Assembly (NCBI GenBank): GCA_023515795.1
Contig: JALGPX010000082.1
Coordinates: forward strand, 1 to 49,686
Reading direction: 5' to 3'
Source of the DNA: Amoeboaphelidium occidentale
Taxonomy: Eukaryota
DNA: 49,686 nt
Shown here: piece by piece, positions 23,154 to 35,674 of the stretch
Layout: each line of letters begins with the position of its first letter
Position numbering within the stretch: position 1 is the stretch's first letter
Translations under genes and position numbers: made by a program
Notes under the pieces: model-generated
Told to the model about the DNA's origin: nothing
The model's database searches: none
The model's input: the letters and a program-made list of their open reading frames with translations, nothing else

Positions 23154-24836
23154 TCATGTTAACGATAACAGCTGGTTCGTGTTGTCGTAGATTTCATCAT
23201 CATCTGTATGCATAAGGACAGATCGGGCCTCCACAAATGCAGCAAACTTTAGGAATAATCCCTGTTTTAGTGTGTAAAATTGTGCCCGTCTGAAACGCAG
23301 TAAAGGTTTTGCGGCTTCAAAAAGATCCACTTCTGGATTCAGCTGTCTTCCCAGACCTTCCAGTACCATTATTGATACTACAAGATTTGTAAAGTCACTC
23401 TCAATTTTAACATGGTGGTCCCGAACTAAATTTAAAACGTTGCCCAGAACTTCCGAAATATGAATTGTTGCTAGACTAAATGTCTTTTCCTGTACATTTT
23501 GAATCAATGACTCCATCTCAGCTTCAAATTTGTCATAATTCCTACAAAATAACTTCTTATCCTTATCAGGTACTCCCTCCATCCTTGATCTCTCGACCAT
23601 CAGTCTCGCTATTTCTCTTCCGTCGCCATCGACCAAAGCTGCGAAGAGATCAATAAAGTTAAGCATGTTCTTCTCAGATAATACTGTCACAAGTCCAGCG
23701 TCAACAAACTCAAGTTGTGGATGTGGGGGTTTCAGTAAGTGCAACTCTTTTTCGATCAAACTGTTGGAACTGGTTGGAACCTTCACCAAAATATTCCCCG
23801 GATGCAAATCTGAATGCACAAAATTATCTTCCAGTAGCATTTTTAAAAAAGACTTTAGGCCCAAATCCGCAACTTGCCTTTTTAGATTTTCATCTTTGCA
23901 GTCCAAAATTGATGCCATGGGCAAGGCGTCTGAAAACGTTTCGACGAGCACTTGCTCCGTAACAAGTCCATCAATAGGACGCGGGAAAGTACAATATGGT
24001 ATCGTTTTAAAATTATTCCGGAATTTTTTCAAATTGCGCGCTTCTACCCGCATATCCAATTGTTTCAGCATTAGCGAAGAGAACTCTTGAACCTCTTCGG
24101 GAAAACTTAGCCACTTCATATTAGGAAGCATATCAATAATCCTGGCAGTAAACATCATAATAGCCAAATCAGCTTCTATCAAGGGCTTTATGTATGGATG
24201 CACTACCTTGACTGCAACATCACATTCTTCGGGGTATTTAATTCTAGCTTTGTGAACTTGGGCTATACAGCCACAGCCAATAGGCTTCTCCGTAAACTCT
24301 GTAAATATGTCATCCATCTTCTTATGGAAAGACTTCTCTATAGCTTTCATTGTATACTCGTAGGAATGTGGAGGAACTTGATCATGCAACTTCCTGAGAG
24401 TTACGCAAAGATCCTCCGGAAATATGTCCGGCCTTGTAGATGCCCATTGCCCCAATTTAATAAAGGTCGGTCCACTAAGTTCCAATGAACGTAAAAGTAC
24501 ATCGTACCAGAGCGGATATATCGAAGGCCGTAACATTGAAACAGGCAGCAACAGGATCGAAGGTGTAAAAACCAAAGCCAGATAAGCAGCTCTAGCAGCA
24601 CAAGCAATAGCGAATAAAGGTTTGAATGCAATCCTTTTGGCAACCGATATCACATTTGGTTTCTGCTTCTTCTGTGTAGTTGCTGGAGAATGTGTTACAA
24701 ATGGAAGCAATGCAGTGTAAAAGTTCCTCCTCTTCCATAGAATACTAGTACAGCGTTGTAAAGGGCTTCTAGTATTGAAGCTTTTAGTGTAGCCCAAGCT
24801 GAGCGCAGCAGGCATCCACACAAAGATTCTGATCAT
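23154..24836 (-). CDS. Mitochondrial ABC1/UbiB atypical kinase, ADCK2/Cqd1 subfamily
   Basis: GPTFIKLGQWASTRPD, IGCGCIAQVH, VAVKV, FVHSDLHPGN, DAGL, LEGLGRQLNP. Confidence 0.92.
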   Translation of the reverse strand: MIRIFVWMPAALSLGYTKSFNTRSPLQRCTSILWKRRNFYTALLPFVTHSPATTQKKQKPNVISVAKRIAFKPLFAIACAARAAYLALVFTPSILLLPVSMLRPSIYPLWYDVLLRSLELSGPTFIKLGQWASTRPDIFPEDLCVTLRKLHDQVPPHSYEYTMKAIEKSFHKKMDDIFTEFTEKPIGCGCIAQVHKARIKYPEECDVAVKVVHPYIKPLIEADLAIMMFTARIIDMLPNMKWLSFPEEVQEFSSLMLKQLDMRVEARNLKKFRNNFKTIPYCTFPRPIDGLVTEQVLVETFSDALPMASILDCKDENLKRQVADLGLKSFLKMLLEDNFVHSDLHPGNILVKVPTSSNSLIEKELHLLKPPHPQLEFVDAGLVTVLSEKNMLNFIDLFAALVDGDGREIARLMVERSRMEGVPDKDKKLFCRNYDKFEAEMESLIQNVQEKTFSLATIHISEVLGNVLNLVRDHHVKIESDFTNLVVSIMVLEGLGRQLNPEVDLFEAAKPLLRFRRAQFYTLKQGLFLKFAAFVEARSVLMHTDDDEIYDNTNQLLSLT

Positions 24837-24848
24837 TGATTAGACAAG

Positions 24849-25544
24849 ATGTGGTCGCGTGTTCAATTATTCATGCCACAGCGCACTGCGCCCACAATAA
24901 ACGGAATAGACTTTAGTAGTTTGAAAAGCTTGGGGATAAAAGTGATACTCTTTGACAAGGATAATTGCATTACCGCTCCGCATCGTCCAAATGTTCATGC
25001 AACAGTTTTAGTAACTTTTATCATACGGAGTGGGTTAACAGTGTAGGATCAATGGAACAGGTGCATTGACATATTTGGGCGTGAAAATATATACATTGTG
25101 TCTAATTCAGCAGGATCTAAAGATGATCCTTCATCCACAGACGCTGAAGCTTTTGAACAATTGCACAATGTACACGTATTGAGACATGGCGGAAAGGTAC
25201 AATATGTATTTAAATTAAATGCAATAATATGTAGAAACCATTCGGGGGCGATGATGTTATGAGGATGTTACGCCTAAAGAAACCTGAGTTGCAGCCAAGC
25301 CAAGTCTGTATGGTTGGTGATAGATTAATGACAGATGTGCTTTTTGGGAATCTCAATGGCATGAGTACAATATGGTTGACCAGGCATCTTGAACAAGGAC
25401 TATTTGATGTTTCTAGATACGTAAATATCACATAAGATTGTTTCTAATTTTAAGTTGAGGAACTTCGAAAGGTCTGTACTGTATCCAGCGTTGAAATTGA
25501 TGGGCGTTAAACCAAAAGATTCTATGATATCAGGACAACTCTAA
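24849..25544 (+). CDS. GEP4: Mitochondrial phosphatidylglycerophosphatase (HAD family)
   Basis: Four exons: FDKDNCIT, IVSNSAGS, VLRHGGK|KP, MVGDRLMTDVLFGN; stop at 25542-25544. Confidence 0.9.
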
Positions 25545-25635
25545 ATGATTCTTCTCTGATGGACTTTGTGTGACCAAATCTTGTTTGCTGTGGAGGTTGA
25601 TCAGACGTCTTGAAGTTCTTCTTGACAAACTGAAC

Positions 25636-27314
25636 ATGTTTCAACTGATCTTGGCAATCTGCAACTTCATTTGTGGAATAAAATGCTTAACGTCAGAAGA
25701 AACCTTACCTGGCTCGATTACATTAAGAGGGACAATCAGAGATTTCAGCTTGTTTCATCTTGACTTTGAAGCAAATGTTGATGCAAAACGAGAACAGAAA
25801 GGCTTATTAAGTGCTAATCTGACCAATTCTCCTGATGATAGACCTTCTTTTATACCTCCAAACTTGAGGACCGATGATTCTTTGACCATCTTTTTGGATG
25901 TCAACTCTGATCAGGCTAATTACACAAGATATGCGCTTTCGAATTATGGCCAGTTTTACCATAACGAATACTTTCAGAATATTCCTGGAGTAAATGTCGC
26001 TATTCCAATTAACTTGGAACTGAAACTCATTGATGCTGCGAGATCTCTGTATCAATATGATTCTGGTTTGACTGGGTTCTTTCCCATTGATGAATATGGG
26101 TATCAACGAGAAAATCTTGCATCCGACACTCCACAGAGGCAAGGTGGAAATAATTATTGGTTTACTACCGAGTTCCGTGTCCGATTTTATTACAAAGGCG
26201 GAGAACAATTCGCATTCTCCGGAGATGATGATTTGTGGGTGTTTGTCAATGGAGCACTGGTTTCATCTTGTGATTTAGGAGGTCTTCATGCTCAGAGGTA
26301 AACTTGAAAGTATTTATATTGATATTTTAAGAAATTGCACGGTTGATATGGATTCTTTAGGGTTAACGCAATTCAGCTTGAATGAAATGTCGATTTTCCA
26401 TGCTGAGAGGCATTGGCTTGGAAGCAACTTCAAATTAACGACATCAATTATACCGGAGAATATTCCACCTATTTCAACAAGCTCTGTTGTATCAACTCCT
26501 GAAAATATTCCCGTTTCATTCAACCTTAAAGGTTTTGATCCTGATGAAACAGGAACTCTATTTGCAATGATCACACGTGCACCTTCTAATGGCACATTGT
26601 CTGTTAGCCTAAATACCTGGTTTCCCGTTTCTGAACAAGTTACGTTTTATCCCGATTTATACTTCTATGGAACAAATAATCTGGACTTCATTTTGAGCGA
26701 TGGAAAGGACAACTCAACTTCATCAACAGTCTTTATAGAAGTCTCATTTGTAGATCAGCCCCCAATAACTCAAAATGAGACATTTACGATTGCCATGGGT
26801 GAATCGGTCACAATACAACTGGTTTCCTTCGATCCTGATACACCTAAAGAAAATTTGACGTTTTATCTGGCAAGTAGCCCTGATTATGGTTACTGCTCAA
26901 TTACAGAATACGGCATGTTTACGTATGACTCTGTAAATAGTGGTATCGAGGTGATATTGTGGCAAATTACTGACGACGCAGGAAATTTCGCGACGGGTAA
27001 TGTGACGATTGAAATTTCATCTCCGATAACACAAGAGGGCGGTGTGCTAAAACCTGGAGAAGTTGCTGGCATTGTTGTCGGTTCAATGAGTTTAATAGGG
27101 CTAGTTGGTGTGGCATTAGTATTTTTTCTGTATAATTGGTTCATGGCTGCAAAATTTGAAGCGACGGTAACAGTTTCATTATGATCTAACAGTTTAGTGG
27201 CAAGAAGAGTTTTACCAAACGCAAGCTACTGTCAACCCGCTATACAAGCCGAAATACCAAGAAAAATACAATCCTCTGTACAAAGACAATGTTTTCGAGA
27301 ACAACGCAGTTTAA
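25636..27314 (+). CDS. Type I membrane protein: signal peptide, PA14/fibro-slime domain, two Ig/cadherin-like repeats, GxxxG TM helix, dual-NPxY tail
   Basis: GTIRDF...HLDFE, FFPIDE, NYWFTTE, FAFSGDDDLWVFVNG..DLGGLH, IFHAERH (PA14/fibro-slime). TPEN...DPDE and DQPP...DPD repeats. TM AGIVVGSMSLIGLVGVALVFFL. Introns 26298-26331 and 27167-27197; last exon WQEEFYQTQATVNPLYKPKYQEKYNPLYKDNVFENNAV*. Confidence 0.85.
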
Positions 27315-27337
27315 TAGAAGTTCAAGTAATGCACAAC

Positions 27338-28582
27338 CTATTTGGGAACATACCGATCAACGAAGCGAGATCCCTTCCGACCGTAACTGGTTGATCTGTG
27401 ATCGCTCCTATGCGATCTAGGAGACCTCGATCTACTTCTTTCATATCTTGGACCATCGTAATTTCGTCTTTCGTGAGGAGAATAGCTGTCTCTGTTATGA
27501 TAATCTCTCCGATAAACTGGTCTACCTCTATGATCTCTGTAAGGCCGTTCACCGTAGTTGTCTCGATAAGGAGACCTATTGCCTCGATACCTGTCGTCTC
27601 GATTGTAACTGTCATCTCGATGATAGTATGGCCGTCTGTCATCGTCTTCGTATTCTCGGCGATAGCTTCCTCCTTCCCTGGAGCTATTTCTTTTAGGCGG
27701 CGAATGAATGTCTGAAGCTTTTCTAAATGATGAATTATGCTTATAGCGGCTATTAGAGAGCACGAGTGATCGAAATTCTTCGTAAAGTGCCTTTGATGCA
27801 GGGTTGATTTCCAGACCTTTTTCCAGATGCACAACTGCCTTCTCATAATCCTTTTTATCATGAGCACTAAAAATTGAGCGCGATTTAACCTCATCACATA
27901 GAAATACATTTTAGCAAGTTCCAAGAGACAATTAACGTTGGTTGGGTCGATATCTAACGCATGCTCAAAAGCTTTCACAGCTTTGTCAATAGATTTACGC
28001 TCCAATAGACCCTTTCCGGTATTATAGCTTGCGAAAGTCAGTAGATTAAAATACTATCAGATACCTCGTAATGGCCCAGTCCGCGTTCTGCATATTCCGC
28101 AGTTGTAAATAAGTCTGAGTCTCTGGCACAGCCGGTCGTACAAGAGGATTCTTCATCAAACTAGACCTCATCTGAATATGACAGGCTTCTACGCACAGCC
28201 GTAAAGCTTCCGGATTCTGAATATCGGGATGTTGGCTGGAATAATCCTCTCCAGAATAGTGCCTGTGCCTATCAGCAGAAGCGTAAGGTGCAACGTCGTA
28301 AAACTTCTGCAAGATCATATCGCTCGAGTCTGTACGTGCAGCTTCACTGGGTTCTACTCATTAAAAGGGTTCAGCATATTAATAACCTTTTTCCAAGCCT
28401 GAAGGTACAAAACCTTTCACCAGTGTACATATTCGATCGATGGTTGTGGTTATTCCATTCGTTTCACCATGAGGTAGTTCCCTGCTTAAGAATTTCTGTA
28501 TTAGAGGTTCCAGTAGAGCAGAGTTATTATGATGCACTTTGCTTTTGCTTATAGGACTGGGTTCTACAGGATTTTCAGACAT
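27338..28582 (-). CDS. TTC14-like TPR protein with RS/RD-rich C-terminus
   Basis: QLRNMQNADWA...KAVKAFEHALDIDPTNVNCL...AVVHLEKGLEINP TPR repeats; tail RSRSRSPRS; about four exons. Confidence 0.75.
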
Positions 28583-28635
28583 TCGCTCAACTCAAAGAGA
28601 AAAAGATTGAACGGAATACTTGGTTTAATTTTTTC

Positions 28636-31600
28636 TTACGAGTTCAAGTATTTTGACATGACAACGTTCCTCATAACACTTCGCGGAGGGTTTCTACCAG
28701 TCCACCTCTTGAACTGTTCGAATCCTTGTTCAATTAGAACGTGAATTCCACCGTAAACAGTAAAACCAGATTTTTTGGCGAGTTTCATGAATTCTGTCTC
28801 AGCAGGTCTGTAAGCTACTTCAATAAACACTGATTTCCTTCCAGCTACAGAAAAGGCAGCACCAATGCTGTCTATGCAAGATGCTTGAGCTTCTCCAGGT
28901 ATTGTTGAAATTATAATGTCGAAATGGCTGGCATGAAGGGTTTGTGGATCCAATGAATTAATATTGAATTCTTTGGCCAGCATAGAAGCCTTCTCGGAAG
29001 TGCGGTTCCAAATGTAAACCAGAGACTCTTTTGTTAAGGAACAGGCGGCAAATAATGCAGCTCTTGATGTTCCGCCAGCACCAATAACAAGGATACGGGG
29101 TTGCATAATGGTAGAGCTCTTTTCCAATAATTTCAAGATTCCAAGCCAGTCGGTATTGTCACCAAGAAGTTTTTTCTGCCCTTCTTCCATATAAGGAATG
29201 ATCGTATTGACCGCCTTAATTTTGGAGGCTGATTCAGTTAGTTTATCCAAATGTGGAATGATAGCTTCTTTCAAAGGGATAGTTACAGATGCACCGCCAA
29301 ACTCGTCGGATTCAATTGCTTGAAGTAGATTTCCAGAGACGATATCAGTTTCAAAGATTTCGTACTTGAATTGAGAACCCAAACCAATTTCAACAAATCC
29401 GGTATTATGCAATAGAGGTGACAAAGAATGAGCTATAGGACTTCCAAACAAGTAAAAAATCTTTTTCGGAACATATCCTAGAAGACAGCGAGCTTCTTGA
29501 ATTTCCTTCAAAGACAGTTGACCTGGAGCTGCTTTTTGCTTCAATAGTGGATGACACACAGGAGTCATGAACTTATTCAAAACACGACTAAGCTGTCCTG
29601 CTGGACCCATATTAATTAAAATAATAGGTCCATGAAAAGGCCGAAGCAGCTTTGAAATGCCGTCCGATCCATTGAAAGATTTTGAAATGAGAAAATTATC
29701 TTCCATTTCTGAAGCAGTGCAGACGATTTTTAACACATCCGCGAATTCTGATACCTTCTTTACAGATGCCTCTGTTAGAACTTTTGTCAATTCAGACGGG
29801 TCTTTCCTCGTGTGGAAGGATGCAATAAATTTGCTGTGCCCTTTGATGTTTGTCAGCTTGTCAAGCAAACTTGAAGGCCAATTCAACTCAACATCAATAT
29901 AGTTACATCCCAGGGTGATCCCTTTAGTTATCAAAGACTCCAGCTGTTGAATATCTTCCGTCGGGAACTTCCCTCCTTCTTCTGTTGTCCTTACAGTGAA
30001 TATAATTGGAATCTTTAATTCGGCCAAGCGATACTGCAAAAGTGAAACCTGATGCTCCACAAATTCCAAATCCCAAGATTTCAACAAATCAACTCGTAAT
30101 TCAACAGCGTCAGCACTACAAGAAATTTCTTCTAGATCATTGAGACACTCAACATCTGTGGACGTCAGAGACAAGAAAAAGCTCGAGTTTTGAACATCAC
30201 TCCAAGTTTGAATCACATGCCCATCAAAGCCCACGTGGCATGGATTCTCAGTTATGTTCATCAAAAAATTCGTCCAAGAAAGGTTAACTTTGATCCAATT
30301 GTAATTCCCGTGCTCTTTAATAATAGTAAAGTGGTAATGACTACATTCTTCGTAAAATGTTCTTCTACGATTCCATACAGATTTCATGTCTTCACCCAAT
30401 GATGGACGGTGCAAATCTCGGTTGAGCTCTGAAACGACATCAGTGACATCTCTTTTAACCCAAACGATGAAGAAACCGCCCCTGTTCTTCATTAGCAATT
30501 CTCGGTTTGATTCCGTTTCTACAAGTCCTCCTCCGCAAGATAACACGGTATTATTTTTCTTTGTTAAAATCAGGCCTGAGAAAATTTCTGCCTCTTTGGC
30601 TCGAAACGATTCCCAGCCGTTGTTCTTTATGTATTCAGCAAGCGGCATATTTACGACCTTTTGAATCTCGTCATCAACATCGACGAATTCGTAGTTCAAG
30701 TAACGAGATGCAACCATGCCTAGATTTGTTTTACCAACTCCTCTCAAACCAATAATTATTATGGAGTTCCCTTTGACTTTTGCTTTTACCATTGTCTTGT
30801 TTGAGTCTGTGTCCACAGTTCTGTCTGATACAGCTAATGGAACATCAAGTTTTTGTGAAATGACATCCCACCATTGAGGCCAAGTTTTTTCTACACATTT
30901 CTTCTCTTCGATCAAAACGCCATTTGCAAAACTCATAGCTGATGCCAGGACTGAAAAACTCATTGCAACTCTGTGATCATCATAACAATGAACAGAAATA
31001 GGCTCCTTAAATGAGTCGGGTTTCAATAGGGACTTTCCACATATTTTGATTCCATCAGGTAGCTCTGAACATTCAACGCCGAACTTGGCTAACTCGGTCA
31101 CCATGGCTAATATTCTGTTGCATTCCTTCACTCTTTGATTAGCTATTCCTATGATGGACGTGACAGTGTCATCATACGAGCCAGCGCAAGCAGCCAGAAC
31201 TGAAGCAGTTAGAAAAGCATCAGTCATAGGCATCATGTCAATTATTGGTAATGGTTTCAAGTGGCCAAAAGTGGGACCTTCAACTGTAGTAGCGTAGTCA
31301 TTTTGCTCTACTTTACAACCCATTGGCCTTAAAATATCAACTGCAAATCGAGCATCTCCTTGAAGCGACTTGCATCCCAACCTTGGAACAGTAACCTTAC
31401 ATCCAGTTATAGCAGCAATAGCCAGAGGATATGTCGCAGATGACGCATCGATCTCGACGTGATAATCGGAAGGGTTAGAGTAAACTCCTTTCTTGATGAA
31501 GTACTTGTTAGGATTCTCGGTATCACGAATTACATTCACCCCAAAATCTTTCATCATAGAGATGGTCATGTCAATATAAGGCTGAGAAACAACTTCAGAA

Positions 31601-33389
31601 TCCTTATCACCAAGAACCAGCGTCACATCATTCTTTGCGTAAGGCGCACTTATCAAGATACTTGAAACGTATTGTGAGCTTATGGAAGCAGACAATGATA
31701 TTTCACCACCTTCAAAACCTCTAGAATTTTTGATGCTAAGGGGCAAGCATCCTTCAGACTCCATGTAATTAATAATGCAACCATTGGTTCTTAGTGAATC
31801 CACAAGAGGACCGATAGGTCTTTGCTTCATGCGACTATTGCCAGTTAGAATAGTGCTCCCAGGCCCTGAAGTTAAAGTCGCGGCTGTTGTTAGGAATCTA
31901 GCAGCAGTTCCTGCGTTGCCCAAGTAAAGTTCTTGAGACGTTTCGTAAAAGTTTCCACAAGAACCTTCAATGATTAACACTTTACCGTTATTCTCCCACG
32001 TAAAATTCTTTTGAGAAAGCTTCTGTAAAGCTTGAAGCATTACTTGTGTATCATCAGAATGCAAAAGACCATGAATTCTGCATTTTCCACTACCTAAAGC
32101 AGCCAAAAGAAGAACTCTGTTAGATATCGATTTACTTCCGGGAACATCGATTTCAATGGCTTCTCTCTGGTCATTCAAACTTTTCTTTTGGAATACACAC
32201 AACTCTGGCGAAAGAACTATCTTGATTGCTTCATCGGGAACATAACTTGCCTGCTCCTCCACTGGTTTTCCGATTCTTTCAAGCAATACAATTCTTTTCT
32301 TGTCTCCCTGATTTTTCTTATCAACCCGCATAATATCTAACAGCTGGTGAGTGGTCCAATTCTTTCCAGACTGTTTTGCCAGTTTAATTATAAGAGGATC
32401 ATTTAAATCCGTTGGAAGACCGTATTCTTTTAAACATCGGACTATTCTACCGACATGAATTTGGTTGAGATGTCCTAAATATCTTGATATCTCAGCCTCT
32501 TTGACCATTCCGATAGCAACAGCTTCACCATGTAAAAGTCCAGGAGTGTAAATAGCCTCAATAGCGTGACCAACTGAGTGTCCAAAATTCAGTAAACCTC
32601 TCAAGCCAGTCTCTTTTTCATCTTTGGTCACAACTTCCGCTTTAACCTCAATAGATTTTAGTATAACGTGCTCCAATATTTCCTATACCGTCAGTAAAAG
32701 GCATTGAATATTACCGTATCTTTTTCGTTAGCACAGCCATGTTCAGCGATTCGAACTAAGGCATCTGCACTCTCTTCCAAGTAACAAAACTCCTTCTCAT
32801 CCCAGAAAGCAGCAGTCTTTATGATTTCAGCCATACCATTGATGAATTGCCTTTTTGGTAACGTACGCAAGAGGTCGACATCTACATAAACTGCTGCAGG
32901 TTGCCAAAAAGCACCAATTAAATTCTTTCCATGGTCCGTGTCGACTGCCGTTTTACCACCAATACTCGCATCTACCATAGAAAGCAATGTAGTCGGAACC
33001 TGTACAAACGGCACGCCACGCATAAAAGTAGCTGCAACAAATCCCGTCAAGTCACCAACGACACCACCACCAAGCGCGATCAAACAAGTATCACGATTAC
33101 AAGAGTTAGACAGCAAGAAATCTTCCATTAGAGCTTTAGTCGCTCTATTCTTCGATTCTTCACCGGGAGGTATTTCATAAGTCAGAAAACGCTGACCTTT
33201 TGAGAGTTTCTTCTGGAGTATCCCAGCGATAGTTGTCCCATGCAGACGGGACACTGTGGAATCAGACACCAACACATAAACATGAGTTTTCTGGGTACAA
33301 CTGAGCATGTGGTCGACCCAATTATTTGTCCAATTAGAACCAACGAAGACAGCATCCTTGTTTAGAACTTGTACACGAAAGTTCGCCAT
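28636..33389 (-). CDS. ARO1: Pentafunctional AROM polypeptide
   Basis: DHQ synthase ([12 protein letters not shown]), EPSP synthase ([34 protein letters not shown]), shikimate kinase (GLRGVGKT), dehydratase (ELRVDLL), dehydrogenase (SVTIPLK, NTDWLG); intron 32683-32714. Confidence 0.97.
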
Positions 33390-33404
33390 GATTTTGTGGA
33401 TTCG

Positions 33405-34377
33405 ATGCCTTTCATAACTTCGCTCACAGAACATCACGCAGAAGTTGTTTCAGACACTTTAAAATCTGAGCCGTGCTGTCTTGGTGTAGATGAAGCTGGA
33501 AGAGGCCCTGTGCTTGGGCCTATGGTTTACGGAATTGCGTATTGTCCCGTAGCAAGAAATAAAGAGCTGAAAAGCATGGGCATGGATGGTACACTTATTT
33601 AACAGAAATTCTTACCACATTACATAATTTAGACTCAAAGAAGCTCACTGCTGAGCAAAGAGAAGGCTTGTTTGATAAGATGAAGTCTTTGGGTGAATGG
33701 CTGGGCTGGAGTGTGCGATCAATAAGTCCTGACGATATTAGTGGCTGCATGTTACAACGCTCCAAGTACAACCTTAATGAATTATCTCACGATGCCGCAA
33801 TTTATTTGATACAGTCTGCGTTAAACAGAGGTGTAAATGTTACTGAAGTTTACGTTGACACTGTTGGATCGCCGGAAAAATACCAACAGAAACTAGCGCA
33901 GTACTTTCCAGGGTTAAAAATAACTGTTGCAAAGAAAGCTGACAGTCTTTATCCCTCCGTATCAGCTGCCTCCATCGCTGCAAAAGTTACAAGAGATTTA
34001 CAATTGAAGAATTGGTTGTTTCAAGAGCATTTAGAGGGCAAGATTGATATTGAATTTGGCAGTGGTTATCCTGCAGGTACGGTTTAATTGGAAAGAGTTC
34101 ATGTTTAGATCCTTTGACGAAAAAATGGCTGTTGAATAATATGGATTCTGTATTTGGGTTTCCGCGTTTGATACGATTCTCCTGGCAAACATGTTCTGAT
34201 TTATTAGCCAAAGAGGCTGTAACTGTTGTGTGGCCAGAAGATCTTGAGGATGAGCAACAACAGGGAAAATCGAATAAGAAGCAGAAACAAGTGAAATTAT
34301 CATCTTTAATCAGACCAAAAAGTACTAGGCAACATGTTTATGGAGATTTAGGATTGAGGCATGTAAAAGATTTTTAG
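33405..34377 (+). CDS. RNH201: Ribonuclease H2 catalytic subunit A
   Basis: [59 protein letters not shown]; two introns. Confidence 0.96.
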
Positions 34378-34393
34378 TTATATAAACATGAAA

Positions 34394-35635
34394 CTAATTG
34401 TATCCTAAACCCTTTTTCTTTCCAAGAATTTTCACTGCAATCGGATCAATTAGACCAGCTGACTGGGATGTGCTTCCTAACGCCTCACCTTGAGACCAAC
34501 CCATTAATCGCAGCATTTCATGTCCAACGTTCGATTCTTCAATAGGTTTCGCATTGCGTCCGATAACGGAGCCTTCTTTCATCTTGGAAGAGTCTCTCGA
34601 TTCCATCTTCTTTCCCTGTTTATCTTTGCGCTTTGAGTCTTTACCCTTTCTTTTGCGACCTACATCAGAATCACTATCACTCTTGGTTGGCTTCATTTTT
34701 TCCTGTGCTGCAAGTGCTCTGTCCTTCATTAACTCACATACTTCTTTTGATGGTATTGATGTATTAGGCAAACGATAAATAGTTATAAATCCCTGCTTAT
34801 GTGCGCCTTTGCCTATTGATACTTTAAATGGAGAGACTAATTTTTGAAACAATGCGATATGCTGATGATACAACGCAGGAGTGTAGTACACATCTTCACC
34901 GTCAGAATCTTGAGCCCATCTCATAAACTCCAAAAATACCCGATGAATATTAGCGTATCCTCCTATTCCCTTTTGTTTCTTGTCCTTATTTTTCTTTTCT
35001 TTCTTGCCGGATTGTTTACGTGCTCGCTGTAACCTCGCTGCGAAGCTACCGGATGGACCGATTTCGTCATGTTCGTAATCTCCATCCGTTATTTGATTTA
35101 AAATATTACTGAATAGTTGAATTTCATCAGATTCCAACGTTTCATCGCTCCACTCATCTGAGTCCAACTGATCTGTCCATTCCTCAGAATCATCCGTCTC
35201 GCTGCCATCTTCGTAATTATAATCAGCCTGCCTTTTCATGTGATCCTCTTCCCCGGCCCACACATTCGATATTTCGTAAGCAACTGCAGCAGAGTCGTCG
35301 CCATCCAAACCGATGTTTTCCATGTAATCTCTAATAGCAGAATTATCACTTATATCATCGCTGCTGCCATTTTCTTCAGATTCGTCCTCCAAGAAAGGCA
35401 GCTGCTGCTTTGGCTTTCCACCAGGCGAAGGTTTAACAGGTGCTTTTCCGTTTATCTTCTTTTGTGCCTTCTTTACAAAACTATTAAGGAACGGTATATC
35501 AGCATGTTCTGTAATGATCTGCCCAGAAGTATCCATAACATCATCTTCTTCGCTTTGATATTCAAATGGATTAAAGGCGACTGAACCCGAATATTTTCCT
35601 GCTCCCTTCCGTTTAGCTTTCTTGTTTCGTCCCAT
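34394..35635 (-). CDS. G-patch domain protein (Sqs1/Pfa1-like, possible degenerate R3H)
   Basis: C-terminal SNVGHEMLRLMGWSQGEALG...GLIDPI...KKGLG; acidic and basic low-complexity N-terminus including DYMENI. Confidence 0.75.
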   Translation of the reverse strand: MGRNKKAKRKGAGKYSGSVAFNPFEYQSEEDDVMDTSGQIITEHADIPFLNSFVKKAQKKINGKAPVKPSPGGKPKQQLPFLEDESEENGSSDDISDNSAIRDYMENIGLDGDDSAAVAYEISNVWAGEEDHMKRQADYNYEDGSETDDSEEWTDQLDSDEWSDETLESDEIQLFSNILNQITDGDYEHDEIGPSGSFAARLQRARKQSGKKEKKNKDKKQKGIGGYANIHRVFLEFMRWAQDSDGEDVYYTPALYHQHIALFQKLVSPFKVSIGKGAHKQGFITIYRLPNTSIPSKEVCELMKDRALAAQEKMKPTKSDSDSDVGRKRKGKDSKRKDKQGKKMESRDSSKMKEGSVIGRNAKPIEESNVGHEMLRLMGWSQGEALGSTSQSAGLIDPIAVKILGKKKGLGYN

Positions 35636-35674
35636 TCTCCGCTGAAGTTTTCACAGTTTGAAAAGAATTACGGG

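Noticed and set aside
27322..28005. 227-aa alternative-frame ORF and antisense ORFs over the RS/RD-rich region
   Set aside because: By-products of low-complexity codons and an unspliced intron in the TTC14-like gene.
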